NCBI GenBank assembly: GCA_964648165.1
Contig: CAZYKT010000001.1
Coordinates: 27,258 to 91,257, forward strand
DNA length: 64,000 bases
Source: an uncultured Polyangiaceae bacterium
Lineage (GTDB): Bacteria > Myxococcota_A > Polyangia > Polyangiales > Polyangiaceae
Reading direction: 5' to 3'
Shown here: positions 1-9,800 of the stretch, piece after piece
How the letters are laid out: each line of letters begins with the position of its first letter
Position numbering within the stretch: the first letter of the stretch is position 1
Position numbers and translations under genes: made by a program
The notes under the pieces: model-generated
Seen by the model: the letters and a program-made list of their open reading frames with translations, nothing else
What the model was told of the DNA's origin: nothing
The model's database searches: none

Positions 1-1
1 C

Positions 2-3000
2 GACGGTGAGCGTCGGATTGCCGTGGCGACGGTGGAAATCGAGCCACGCATGGGCCTGGAGGAGCTGGTTGATGCGGCGCAGAAGGCGAACCTGCACGTC
101 GTGGTGGCTTCCGACCGGGCCGAGTTGCTGGACAGCATCCTGCCCGATGAGGTGATCCTGCCCGCCGAGGGTCTGTCCCAGGGCATTGAACGGCTCCAGC
201 GCGAAGGACACGTTGTTTGCGCCGTCGCAACCGGGCAATCGGCAGCGCTCGCGGTATCAGACTGTGGAGTGGGCCTTGTACAAACCGGGAGTTCGCCGCC
301 TTGGGGGGCTCACCTTTTGTGCCGGGATGATCTGACGGACGTTCGATTCCTGGTCGAGTCCTCGGTTGTGGCCCGGCAAGTGTCCCGACAGAGCGTGAAC
401 ATCGCGATGGCAGCTGCCACCATGGGTGCCTTGGTGTCGGCTACAGGACTGGCCCGTTTGACCTCCCGTCGCGTGATGACGGTCGTCAACGCGGCCACTT
501 TGATCGCCATCCTCAACGGTCATCGCGCCGCCCGGTCACTCGCCAAACAGCCCGACCTCGTGGTGCGGGACCGAACCTGTTGGCACGCACTGGATGCGCG
601 GGGCGTGATGCACCGACTCGGAACCTCCGAGATCGGTCTGTCCGAGCTGGAGGTGATGCGTCGTCGCGGTGCCCCTCCACCCCGCAAACGCCCCAGCGCG
701 GAGCTTGTGGAGGCAATCGCCGACGAGCTGTTCAACCCCTTGGCTCCCCTGCTGGCCGCTGGCGCGGGCCTTTCGGCAGTTGCAGGATCGATGGGGGACG
801 CTGCGATGGTGGGGGCGGTGGTGCTGTTCAACGCGGTGGTGGGCGGTGTTCAACGCTTCCGAACCGAACAGCGCATTCGCGACTTGGCCGCGACGGCGCG
901 CAAGCAGGCGACGGTGCACCGCGACGGCAAGATTCGCAGTGTGGACGCAGAAGAGCTGGTGCCCGGTGATATCGTCGTCTTGACCAGCGGCGACGTCGTT
1001 CCGGCGGACTGCCGCATCCTTCACGCCGAAGCCGTGGAAGTGGATACCTCGAGTCTGACCGGAGAGTCAATGCCCGTGCGCCGGTCGGAGTTGCCCAGCT
1101 TCGACCTGGCTATCGCGGACCGGGCCAGCATGTTGTATTCGGGTACCACGGTGGCTGCGGGCCGCACCAGCGCCATTGTCGTGGCCGTGGGTGACCAAAC
1201 GGAGGCGGCGCGTGGCGGGATTGCTCTGCGGCGCGCCCAACCCCCCAGCGGGGTCGAACAGCGCTTGCGTTCCCTCATCAACCTGACCGCTCCGGTGGCT
1301 TTGGGTGCCGGCCTCGGTCTGGTCGGGGCGGGGCTGCTGCGCGGTCGGCGAGTGGAACACCTGGTTCCCGCAGGCGTTAGCCTGGCGGTTGCGGCAGTGC
1401 CGGAGGGGCTGCCCCTCTTGGCAACCGCCGCCCAGCTGGCGGCGGCCAGTCGACTGTCCAAGCGAGGTGCCCTGGTCAGAGACACCAAGTGCATCGAGGC
1501 GTTGGGACGCATCGATCTGGTGTGTTTCGACAAGACCGGGACCCTGACTGAAGGGCACCTCGACCTGGCTGGTGTGACCCGGGGGCTGTCCCTTGTCGGC
1601 GAGGACGACCTGGATGAGCGTGAGCGAGGTCTCCTGATGACGGCTCTACACGCTGCTCCGGATCCCAGATACGTGACGGCCCATGACGATCCGACCGACC
1701 GGGCCCTGCTAGAAGCCGTGGAACGAAGTGCACCCGGTGTCGTGCGTTTGACCGGTGAGCGGTTGGCCGAGCTGCCCTTCGAACCGGGCCGTGGCTACCA
1801 GTCCGTTCTATGGCAACAAGGCGCGGACCGCTGGGTGGTCATCAAGGGAGCCCCCGAGGTCGTGCTCGAACAGGCCGATTCCTGGGACACCGGGATCCGT
1901 TGCGAGCCCTTGGATCCAGCCAGACGAGGCGCTCTGCGTGCTTTCGTCGAGACCCTGGCGGGGCAGGGGTTCCGCCTGTTGGGCGTCGCCCGGCGAACCC
2001 TGCGCATGGACGAAGCGGATACCCTCCCGGTGCCCGGAGGGCTAACCCTGTTGGGCTATATCGCATTCAGTGACCCAGTGCGGAGCACGGCCGAGGCGGC
2101 ATTGGCACGACTGCGAACGGTTGGGGTCGATTCCCGGATGATCACGGGGGATCATCCCAAGACCGCGGAGGCGGTCGCGGCGGCCATTGGGCTGCTTTCT
2201 GATCGTCGAGTGCTGACAGGTGCCGAGCTTCTTGAGATGAGCGATGGCGAGCTGGACGAGGTGGTTGACTCGGCGGCCGTGTTTGCCCGTGTCACGCCCT
2301 CCCAGAAGGCTCGCATCATCCGTTCGCTGCAACGGGTGGGGCATGTCGTGGCCATGGTCGGGGATGGGACCAACGATGCCCCCGCGCTTCGCGTCGCGCA
2401 GGTGGGTATCGCGGTTGGAGAACAAAGCACGGCAGCGGCACGTGGTGCGGCTGATGTCGTACTCACCGATGAGCGCATCCAGACGCTCGTCGAAGCCATC
2501 ATCGAGGGAAGGGCCATGTGGTCCTCGGTCCGTGACGCCGTGGCGATTCTGATCGGTGGCAACCTGGGAGAGATCGGGTTCACCCTATTGGGAGGGCTGG
2601 CGGCCGGCAGTCCTCCGCTGAATCCCAGGCAGCTGCTTTTGGTGAATCTACTGACCGACGTGGCCCCAGCCATGGCCATTGCCCTCAGGCCCCCCTCCGT
2701 TGCGGAGCTGAAGACCCTGGCCAGTGAGGGGCCCGACGTGTCCCTGGGGCGTCCACTCAACCGGGACATCGCCTCGCGAGCCATGATAACTGCCCTGGGA
2801 GCGGGTCTGGCCTGGTCGACGGCGCGCGTGTTGGGTGGAGGGGAGCGCGCCGGTACCGTGGGACTGTTGGCGTTGGTGGGAACTCAGCTTGGACAGACCA
2901 TCGTTGCAGGGGGTACGAGCCGCCCGGTCATCGTGACCAGTCTGGCGTCAACCGCGCTGTTGGCAGCCGTGGTCCAGACCCCAGTTCTCAGCCAGTTCTT

Positions 3001-3211
3001 TGGGTGTCAGCCCCTCACCCCGTTGGGCTGGTCGGTTGCCGTCAGCTCGACGGCCATTGCCACCGGGGTGGCGATCGCCTTCCCGCAGCTGACCTCGGCG
3101 CTGGCGGTGCGACTCCGCCCCATCGACACCGTGCTTCGGGAGGCGCCCCGTGGCAGTGTGGTGCCCCCGCCACCGTCCAGTGTTCGCCGTCCCTCCCTGT
3201 TCCCCGTGTGA
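2..3211 (+). CDS. P-type cation-transporting ATPase; 5' end lies outside the window and the active module is preceded in-frame by a degenerate ATPase tail
   Basis: The frame of ORF 23..3211 stays open back to nt 2. Motifs read directly: LTGESMPV (TGES), CFDKTGTLTEG (DKTGT phosphorylation site), RMITGDHPKTA, MVGDGTNDAPALRVAQVGIAVG. Hydrophobic helices flank the cytoplasmic domains. Confidence 0.9.
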   Translation, partial: DGERRIAVATVEIEPRMGLEELVDAAQKANLHVVVASDRAELLDSILPDEVILPAEGLSQGIERLQREGHVVCAVATGQSAALAVSDCGVGLVQTGSSPPWGAHLLCRDDLTDVRFLVESSVVARQVSRQSVNIAMAAATMGALVSATGLARLTSRRVMTVVNAATLIAILNGHRAARSLAKQPDLVVRDRTCWHALDARGVMHRLGTSEIGLSELEVMRRRGAPPPRKRPSAELVEAIADELFNPLAPLLAAGAGLSAVAGSMGDAAMVGAVVLFNAVVGGVQRFRTEQRIRDLAATARKQATVHRDGKIRSVDAEELVPGDIVVLTSGDVVPADCRILHAEAVEVDTSSLTGESMPVRRSELPSFDLAIADRASMLYSGTTVAAGRTSAIVVAVGDQTEAARGGIALRRAQPPSGVEQRLRSLINLTAPVALGAGLGLVGAGLLRGRRVEHLVPAGVSLAVAAVPEGLPLLATAAQLAAASRLSKRGALVRDTKCIEALGRIDLVCFDKTGTLTEGHLDLAGVTRGLSLVGEDDLDERERGLLMTALHAAPDPRYVTAHDDPTDRALLEAVERSAPGVVRLTGERLAELPFEPGRGYQSVLWQQGADRWVVIKGAPEVVLEQADSWDTGIRCEPLDPARRGALRAFVETLAGQGFRLLGVARRTLRMDEADTLPVPGGLTLLGYIAFSDPVRSTAEAALARLRTVGVDSRMITGDHPKTAEAVAAAIGLLSDRRVLTGAELLEMSDGELDEVVDSAAVFARVTPSQKARIIRSLQRVGHVVAMVGDGTNDAPALRVAQVGIAVGEQSTAAARGAADVVLTDERIQTLVEAIIEGRAMWSSVRDAVAILIGGNLGEIGFTLLGGLAAGSPPLNPRQLLLVNLLTDVAPAMAIALRPPSVAELKTLASEGPDVSLGRPLNRDIASRAMITALGAGLAWSTARVLGGGERAGTVGLLALVGTQLGQTIVAGGTSRPVIVTSLASTALLAAVVQTPVLSQFFGCQPLTPLGWSVAVSSTAIATGVAIAFPQLTSALAVRLRPIDTVLREAPRGSVVPPPPSSVRRPSLFPV

Positions 3212-3236
3212 CTGACGGACGGCACTGAGACGGCCG

Positions 3237-4256
3237 CTATGGGCGCGCCTCGGACCGCCGCACCGGCATCAACCAATCCAGATGGCGCTCATCCGCCCCC
3301 GTCACTGCTCGCAGATAGGCCCGTTGCAGAAAGGCGCCCATTGTCTGGCGCCCCGTGAGGTACGGGGTTCCCTCAATTTCCCGGACCGGCGTTACCTCCG
3401 CGGCGGTGCCGGTCAGAAAGACCTCTTGGGCACGCTGCAGCTCTTCACGAGTAAACGGCCCGATGGATACCGGAATGCCGTTTTCGTGCGCCAAAGCCAG
3501 GATGCAATCCCGCGTGATCCCCGGAATGATGGAGGAACCCACGTCGTTCGTGTGTAGCTGCCCACCGCGGACGAAGAAAACGTTCATTCCGGTGGCGCTT
3601 GCCACCGTTCCATCCTGGTTGAGCAGTAGGGCATCATCGAAACCACGATCCAGCGCCTCGTGAGCTGCCAAGACACTGTTGGCGTAGTGACCGCTCGCCT
3701 TGGCCATGGTCGGCAACATGGAGTGGTGGAACTTGCGCCAGCTGGAGATGGTCAGTCGAATCCCGTTGCGCAGCGCGCTCTCGCCCAAAAAAGCCCCCAG
3801 GCCCCGCACTGCAATCAGCACATGAACCGGACACTCCGCCTTGGGTTTGAGATCGATGGGGCCATAGCCGAAAAAGGCCAAGGGTCTCAGATAGCCGTTC
3901 ACGATCGCGTTGCGTTCGGTGATCTCCAAGGCGCCCTGGATCAGCTGTTCGGTCGAGAACTCGAGCTTCATCCCGTACAGCCTTGCAGAATGCATCAGTC
4001 GCTCAACATGGTCCTGCACCCGCAACAGGATCGTCCCCTTGACTGAAGGGTAGCATCGGATTCCTTCGAAAACCGCGGAGCCGTAGTGCAGGGCATTGGC
4101 GTAATAGTGGATGCGAGTCTGATCTGCCTCGCGAACCTCCCCGTCGAGCCAAACCCAGCGAGCAAGTTCCTGGGACGACGGGCGACTGAGGGTCGTCAAT
4201 GCGTCATCTTCGGGGACGCCATTGAAATTGGGCCATTCCATTTCGAGCGAGGGCAT
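3237..4256 (-). CDS. ilvE: Branched-chain amino acid aminotransferase (class IV)
   Basis: YYANALHYGSAVFEGIRCY, LRPLAFFGYG, MLPTMAKASGHYANSVLA and VFLTGTAAEVTPVREI in ORF 3237..4373. I moved the start to the ATG at 4256 (MPSLEMEW) because the 39 upstream codons are Arg/Pro-rich and unlike IlvE. The start is uncertain. Confidence 0.85.
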   Translation of the reverse strand: MPSLEMEWPNFNGVPEDDALTTLSRPSSQELARWVWLDGEVREADQTRIHYYANALHYGSAVFEGIRCYPSVKGTILLRVQDHVERLMHSARLYGMKLEFSTEQLIQGALEITERNAIVNGYLRPLAFFGYGPIDLKPKAECPVHVLIAVRGLGAFLGESALRNGIRLTISSWRKFHHSMLPTMAKASGHYANSVLAAHEALDRGFDDALLLNQDGTVASATGMNVFFVRGGQLHTNDVGSSIIPGITRDCILALAHENGIPVSIGPFTREELQRAQEVFLTGTAAEVTPVREIEGTPYLTGRQTMGAFLQRAYLRAVTGADERHLDWLMPVRRSEARP

Positions 4257-4533
4257 GGTGCGAGGGCTCCCGGAAAGAACGTGACCAGCATCGCAGCTAC
4301 GTCGATGGGTGGCCAGCCGCGGCCCGGGGGCAGCCCTGCCTCGGGGGGGACAGTCGGCACGACGGCCGCGCACCCGGACCCATTCCTCGCCCCAGAGGGG
4401 TATTCCGGACCCTGCGACCCAATGGCCGGCCCGAGGAATTCGAAAGGAAACCTGATGCGAACCAGCGGCCGGTACAGAAATCCTGGGTTGCCTCTCTCAA
4501 GTAGCCAACCGACTGAGCCGTCTCATCCGCAAG

Positions 4534-5829
4534 ATGGCCATGTCTTCTGTCATCCCGTTGGGTTCCCCCAAGCCAACGAACTCGTCGATCGCCCTTCTGG
4601 CGAGGCAGCCGGTGTTGGACCTCAAGTTGAAGACGATTGGCTACGAGCTGTTGTCGCGCTCATCGCTACCCCGCAACGGCGAGCAAGACGACGTGACCCA
4701 GTCCACGGCGACCATTCTCGCCAACGTGATCAGCGAAATCGGCATCGACACGGTGGTGGGTGCCGTCCCTGCGTGGATAGAGTTCTCTTTTCACTATCTG
4801 CTGGCCGAGCTACCCATACCGCTGGGACCGAAGGCCCTGATCCTGCAGATCCCTCGCTCCGAGCGGACACCGGAGAGGGTGTTGGCCCGCATCCAAAACC
4901 TCAAATACCAGGGCTACCGCATTGTCGTCGACTGCAGGCAGGCTCCGGGCGCCGTGGGACCTTTGTTGGGTTTGGCCAACGTGGTCAAACTGGATGCGGC
5001 GGCGTGGAACGAGGAGCAACGCGCGGAGTTGGCCAAAAGCTGTTTGCGCCGGTCAGTGCAACTGTTAGCGACGGATGTTGCGACCCACAAGGATTACGAG
5101 CTGCTACGGAATGAGGGCTTCACCCTGTTCCAGGGATCCTTCTTGTGTGAGCCGGAGTACCTGCAACACCGACGAGCTCCTGCCAATCGTGTTGCGCTGA
5201 TGCGACTGCTCAGTGAGTTGTACGCAGAGGATCCGGTCATTGACCGCATTCAGCAGCTGGTTCAGCAGGACATCGCCTTGAGCTACCGATTGCTCAAGTG
5301 GTTGAATTCCTCGCTGTTCGCCTTGCCTCGCCCGGTTGAGTCGATTCACCATGCGCTGGTTCTGTTGGGGCTCCAAAGGGTGCGGGATCTGGTGAGTCTG
5401 GTCGTGTTGGCGCGCATCGAGGACAAGCCCAGCGCCTTGATCGAAACGGCATTGATGCGAGCCCGGATTGGCGAGCAGGTGGCCCGCAACATCGGTTTGG
5501 TTTCGGAATCGATGTTCACCGTGGGTCTGTTCTCGGTTCTGGATGCACTGGTCGGTATGCCCATGCAGGAGGTGTTGGTGAACCTGCCCCTGGCGCAAGA
5601 AGTCGCCATCGCCATTGCCCACCGTGAAGGGCCCTATGGACGGGTGTTGCTGGGGATCGAGGCGCACGAGCGGGGCGACTGGAATGGAGTCGAGCGAGCC
5701 GGCCTGGATCTTTCGGTGCTCAGCCCAGCCTGGATGGACGCCCTGATGTGGGTCCGTAGCGTCCGTGCTTTACTGGCTCCGGGACGAGCCTCCGAGCGCC
5801 AGTTGACGACCGCCAAGATGGTGCGATAG
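4534..5829 (+). CDS. EAL-like plus HDOD domain signalling protein (c-di-GMP related)
   Basis: The N-terminus LLARQPVLDLKLKTIGYELLSRS is the usual opening of EAL-type domains. The C-terminal half has HDOD-like LSYRLLKWLNSSLFALPRPVESIHHALVLLGLQRVRDLV. Confidence 0.7.
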   Translation: MAMSSVIPLGSPKPTNSSIALLARQPVLDLKLKTIGYELLSRSSLPRNGEQDDVTQSTATILANVISEIGIDTVVGAVPAWIEFSFHYLLAELPIPLGPKALILQIPRSERTPERVLARIQNLKYQGYRIVVDCRQAPGAVGPLLGLANVVKLDAAAWNEEQRAELAKSCLRRSVQLLATDVATHKDYELLRNEGFTLFQGSFLCEPEYLQHRRAPANRVALMRLLSELYAEDPVIDRIQQLVQQDIALSYRLLKWLNSSLFALPRPVESIHHALVLLGLQRVRDLVSLVVLARIEDKPSALIETALMRARIGEQVARNIGLVSESMFTVGLFSVLDALVGMPMQEVLVNLPLAQEVAIAIAHREGPYGRVLLGIEAHERGDWNGVERAGLDLSVLSPAWMDALMWVRSVRALLAPGRASERQLTTAKMVR

Positions 5830-5838
5830 CCAATTGAG

Positions 5839-6837
5839 CTACTCGGCGTTGACGGTGACAGGCCCCGCGTTGGTCGGTTCGTCACTGAACACGAGCATTG
5901 CCTCCCGAGTTCCGAAGGGCAGTCGCTGCCCCGGCTTCAGAGGCCGAACCACGTACAGGGTGTCGTCTCGGGCCGACGGCTTCACGGAGACGCGCAGGGA
6001 GGTCTCCGCGGTCGGCCAAGGACGGGGCGTTTCCCGGCTGCCATCCGTGGGCCGCGCAGAACCGGCGGTTGCGGTTGGTTGCATGGATGGGTTGGGACTC
6101 TGCGGGGAAACGGACCCGAGGGGCTTAGCCGGCGGCGACGAAAATCGAGCCGCCGGCGCCACCGCTGCGGGGGCTGGCTCCGAGGGCGCCATCTTGAGGG
6201 GCTTGGGAGGAGGCGTCGTCAACCGGGGAGTGGCTGCGGATTGGCTCCCGGTCGGCGTCGGGACTGTTGCGGCATCTTCGCCTGCTGGATGATCCAGTGC
6301 CGGGGCGGGAGCGGTCTCCGGTGGTGCAGGCGGCGCAGCGGACGCTGATGGTGCAGGCGGCGCAGCCACCGCTGCTCGGGCCGAAGGAGGAGGCGGTGGC
6401 ATGGACGCTACAGAGGGGCCCAGCGGGTCTGCCTCGACCATCTCGGCGTCCTCGGCGCCCGCCGGGGTCGTGGACGTGGCGGTGTCCGCGGCGGGTTGGT
6501 GCGGTGACGACCCGCGTTGGTGGGGGGGCTTGGGTGGCGGTGGCGCCGACCTGCCCGCACACGGAGCTGCTTTGGGCACAGCTGCGCTCGCTGTGGCGGC
6601 GGGAGGCTGGCTAGCACCCACTTGGCCAGCCAAATCCGCTGCACAGCGGGCCAACTCCAGCTGTCGCCGATCGTCTCCGGCCTGCTCGGCGGCGTCCGCG
6701 GCGCGACGAAGCCAGCGCAAGGCCTCCCGTTGGTCGCCCTTGGCCCAAAGGGCCGACGCGGTTTCCAGCGCGAGCTCGACCTCGTCGGTGTCCGCGGAAA
6801 CCGGACCAGGGATCTTAGTTGAATCGCTGTCTACCAT
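5839..6837 (-). CDS. Pro/Ala-rich, mostly disordered protein of unknown function
   Basis: 332-aa ORF 24 nt downstream of the giant TPR gene on the same strand. It has a helical N-terminus (ALWAKGDQREALRWLRRAADAAEQAGDD), about 230 aa of Pro/Ala/Ser low complexity and a ~50-aa C-terminal module (SLRVSVKPSARDDTLYVVRPLKPGQRLPFGTREAMLVFSDE). There is no TM segment and I recognise no family. Confidence 0.6.
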   Translation of the reverse strand: MVDSDSTKIPGPVSADTDEVELALETASALWAKGDQREALRWLRRAADAAEQAGDDRRQLELARCAADLAGQVGASQPPAATASAAVPKAAPCAGRSAPPPPKPPHQRGSSPHQPAADTATSTTPAGAEDAEMVEADPLGPSVASMPPPPPSARAAVAAPPAPSASAAPPAPPETAPAPALDHPAGEDAATVPTPTGSQSAATPRLTTPPPKPLKMAPSEPAPAAVAPAARFSSPPAKPLGSVSPQSPNPSMQPTATAGSARPTDGSRETPRPWPTAETSLRVSVKPSARDDTLYVVRPLKPGQRLPFGTREAMLVFSDEPTNAGPVTVNAE

Positions 6838-6861
6838 CTTGCCGCTCCTAGGGGACTCCGG

Positions 6862-9800
6862 TCAAAGGGTGCTCAAGTGTTCGAGGAGTCGTCGAGCCAT
6901 CGGATTGTACGGGTCTTCCGCCAAGGCCTTGTTCAGCATTTGTCGAGCCGTGGCGTTTCGGCTCTTGCTGTGTTGGATCCACGCCAACTGGGCGTAGGCC
7001 CGAGCTCGGCCGGTGGCGTCGAGCCCCGATTCCGAGTCCGCCGCCGCGGGCGCCGCCGTGGCGATGCGTAGGGCGTTTGCTGCGGTGTCCAGATCATCAA
7101 GATCAACCGCGACCAGCCCCAGCAGCAACGCCACGTGGGCATTGCTCTTGTCGAGGCGGTGAGAAGCAGTCAAGGCCTCGTAGGCCTCCACCAAATCATC
7201 GCTGTCCAAGTAATACTCTGCGATCAGAGCATGGACCTGGGCCATGTTTCGATCACGCGCTCCCTTGTGTGTCTGGGCGAGTCGCTCCAGGTGTTCGCGC
7301 GCCTCCTCGGAACGCCCCACATCGCGCAGGAGCTGGACCCGGAGAAGGGTCACCGAGAGCGAGTCCGGGGAGAGGGCTTGGGCGCGCTCCAGCACCTCCA
7401 GAGCACGAGGCATCTCACCAGCCTTGATCCAGGCTCTCCCCGCCTGAACCAACCAGCGGGTCGTTGCCTCGATATCCGCGGCCTGTTCTGCCAGCTCAAC
7501 CAGGACCCGGGCGTGGGCTGCGTGTTGTCCACACGACTCGTACAATCGACCCAGGGCTTCGCGCAGTGAGATGTCCGTGGGGAATTGCCGACAGACCGAG
7601 CGTATGACCTCGAACCAGGGAGCGGGCTGTTCCAGTCGCCCGGCGACTTGGGCGAGCTGGAGCGCAACCGAGACCCGTGTCTGTTCCGGTTCCAGAGGAA
7701 CCAGGCGAGCCAGAATCTCGGCGGCCTGCAACCAGTTCCCGTCCCTTGTATGCAACTGACCGACTGCTCGGAGTGCGTCCACGTCGTCGGGATGCTGGGC
7801 GACCCAGCCCGACAGACGCGCCAGTGCTTGGTCCGCAGCGCCATCCTCCCGCAGCAACTGGACCTCGCGATCCAGCCAGTGGCGAGAGACGTTGCTCAAG
7901 CGGCTCTCGGCGATGGCAAAGAGCAGTTCGCTCCGAGGAATGGCTCCACCCTGATAGGCGACCTCCAGTGCGCAAAGGGCTTCCTCGTCGTTGCCAACCG
8001 CTCGAAAGGAACGATAGCGGAGGCGCTGCAACTCCGGATTGCTCGGATCCTTGTCCAGCACCGAGGTCAGAAGCGATAGCGCCTGTTCGTGGCGTCCGGC
8101 CTCGTGGCACGCCTCGATCAGGCTCATCCGCAACTCCCGATCCCCGGGTGACTGCTGCAGGGCTCGCTCCAACACTTCGAGTCCGGCGGCCACATCCCCA
8201 CGTCGCCAGTACAGCCGGACCAAGGCGTTGCGGAGCCCTGGATGACCGGGGCTGGCGGCGAACCCGGCACGCAACGCCGTTTCGGCGCCATCATCATCCC
8301 CAAGCTGGCTCCGAAGGTCGAAGATGCGCTCCGCCAGGGCCGCGACCCGTGGTCCCTGTTGATAGGGCAGCAGTGCCTCCAAAGCTTCGGCTAGACGATC
8401 CAACGGCCCTGACGACTCCTCCAACACGCGCACCATGCCTTCCAGCGCACGCTGGCGATGGCCGCCGCGTAGCTCCGACGCCGACTGATAGGTCAACAGG
8501 GCCTGCTCCAGATCGCCGGCTCGCTCCAGGAGTTCGGCGAGATCGAAGCTGAGGCGTGCGGTGTACTCCGAGTCAGTGCTCCCGGTCTGCAGGGCCAGTT
8601 GCTGCCGCAGCAGGACAGCCAACTCGGTGAGTCGACCGTCCTGTTCCAGGGCGCGGCCCAGGCATTGGGCCACGTCGGTTCGCGTCGGATCCTGCCGCCA
8701 TACGTCGCGCAATTTCTCGATCGCTTCCTCGCGACGTTCCGGCAGCTCGAGAAGGAGCTTGGATGACTCGATCTGGAGCTCCAAGCCCACCGGAGTGTGC
8801 CCGAACCACTCCTCCAGTGAGGCCAACAGCGACAACACCAGGTCCGTGTCACCGACCCGGCGGTACACCCTGATCAACGGGCGCCACACATCCCAGCCCG
8901 AATGCTGGTGCGTCGGCTTCTGCAGATCGTTCCACAGTTGGTCGGCGCGACCGCGAATGTGTGCCACAAGTTCCGGGGACAAGACTCCGCGTGCCAGCCG
9001 CCGCTCGACCAGATCGGCGAGGGCCAGGGCCGCCGTGTTCGGATCGCCGGCAGCCTCGATTCGTGCATCCACGCAACGCGCCAACCAGTCGTCTCGACAC
9101 TCCTCAAGCACGACCTGCTCCAGCCCGTCGGCCTCGTGCTGGTCACCGAGCGTGGTTTCGAAGGCGGAGGTGAAGAGCTCACTGGCCCGGTCGGGCTCCC
9201 CCAGTCGCTCCGCGATTCGAGCGAGGTGGAAATACACCGCCGACTTCGGCGGCGGAGACTGGCCCGGAGCCGGGTGCAGTGCCACCAACAGCAAGGATCG
9301 GTAACTCTGCTCGGCGACACCGACGTGCCCCTGCTCGTAGGCCAGGGCCCCGCGCATCGCTAGCAGCTCGGGACTGCCTGGGTCCATGGTGATGGCGGCC
9401 TCCAGTTCACCCAGTGCTGCCTCGGGCTGCCCCATGAGTAACAGGACTCGGGCCAACTCACGGTGCGCGACGCCTCGCTCTCGGGGTCTGCGTTCACCGT
9501 ACTGGGACAACTGGAGGTGAATCAGCCGTGTGGCTTCGGGGAGGCGCTGCTGCTTCACCAGAGCCGACGCGAGCTCCAGGCGCAGAGCCTGATCGTCCAC
9601 CCCCAGCTCGGGCGAATTGAGCGCCAGCTCGGCGGCGCTCTCTAGATCATTGGCCGCCAGGAACGCCTCCAATGCCGCTCGCACGTTGCCGGTCGCGCGT
9701 TGGTGGACCTGTCCCAGTCGCTGATAGAGCGGTTCTGGATCGTCCGACACTCGTGCCGACCTCTCGATGCTCGCCACCAAGTCATCCCAACGCTCGGTGC

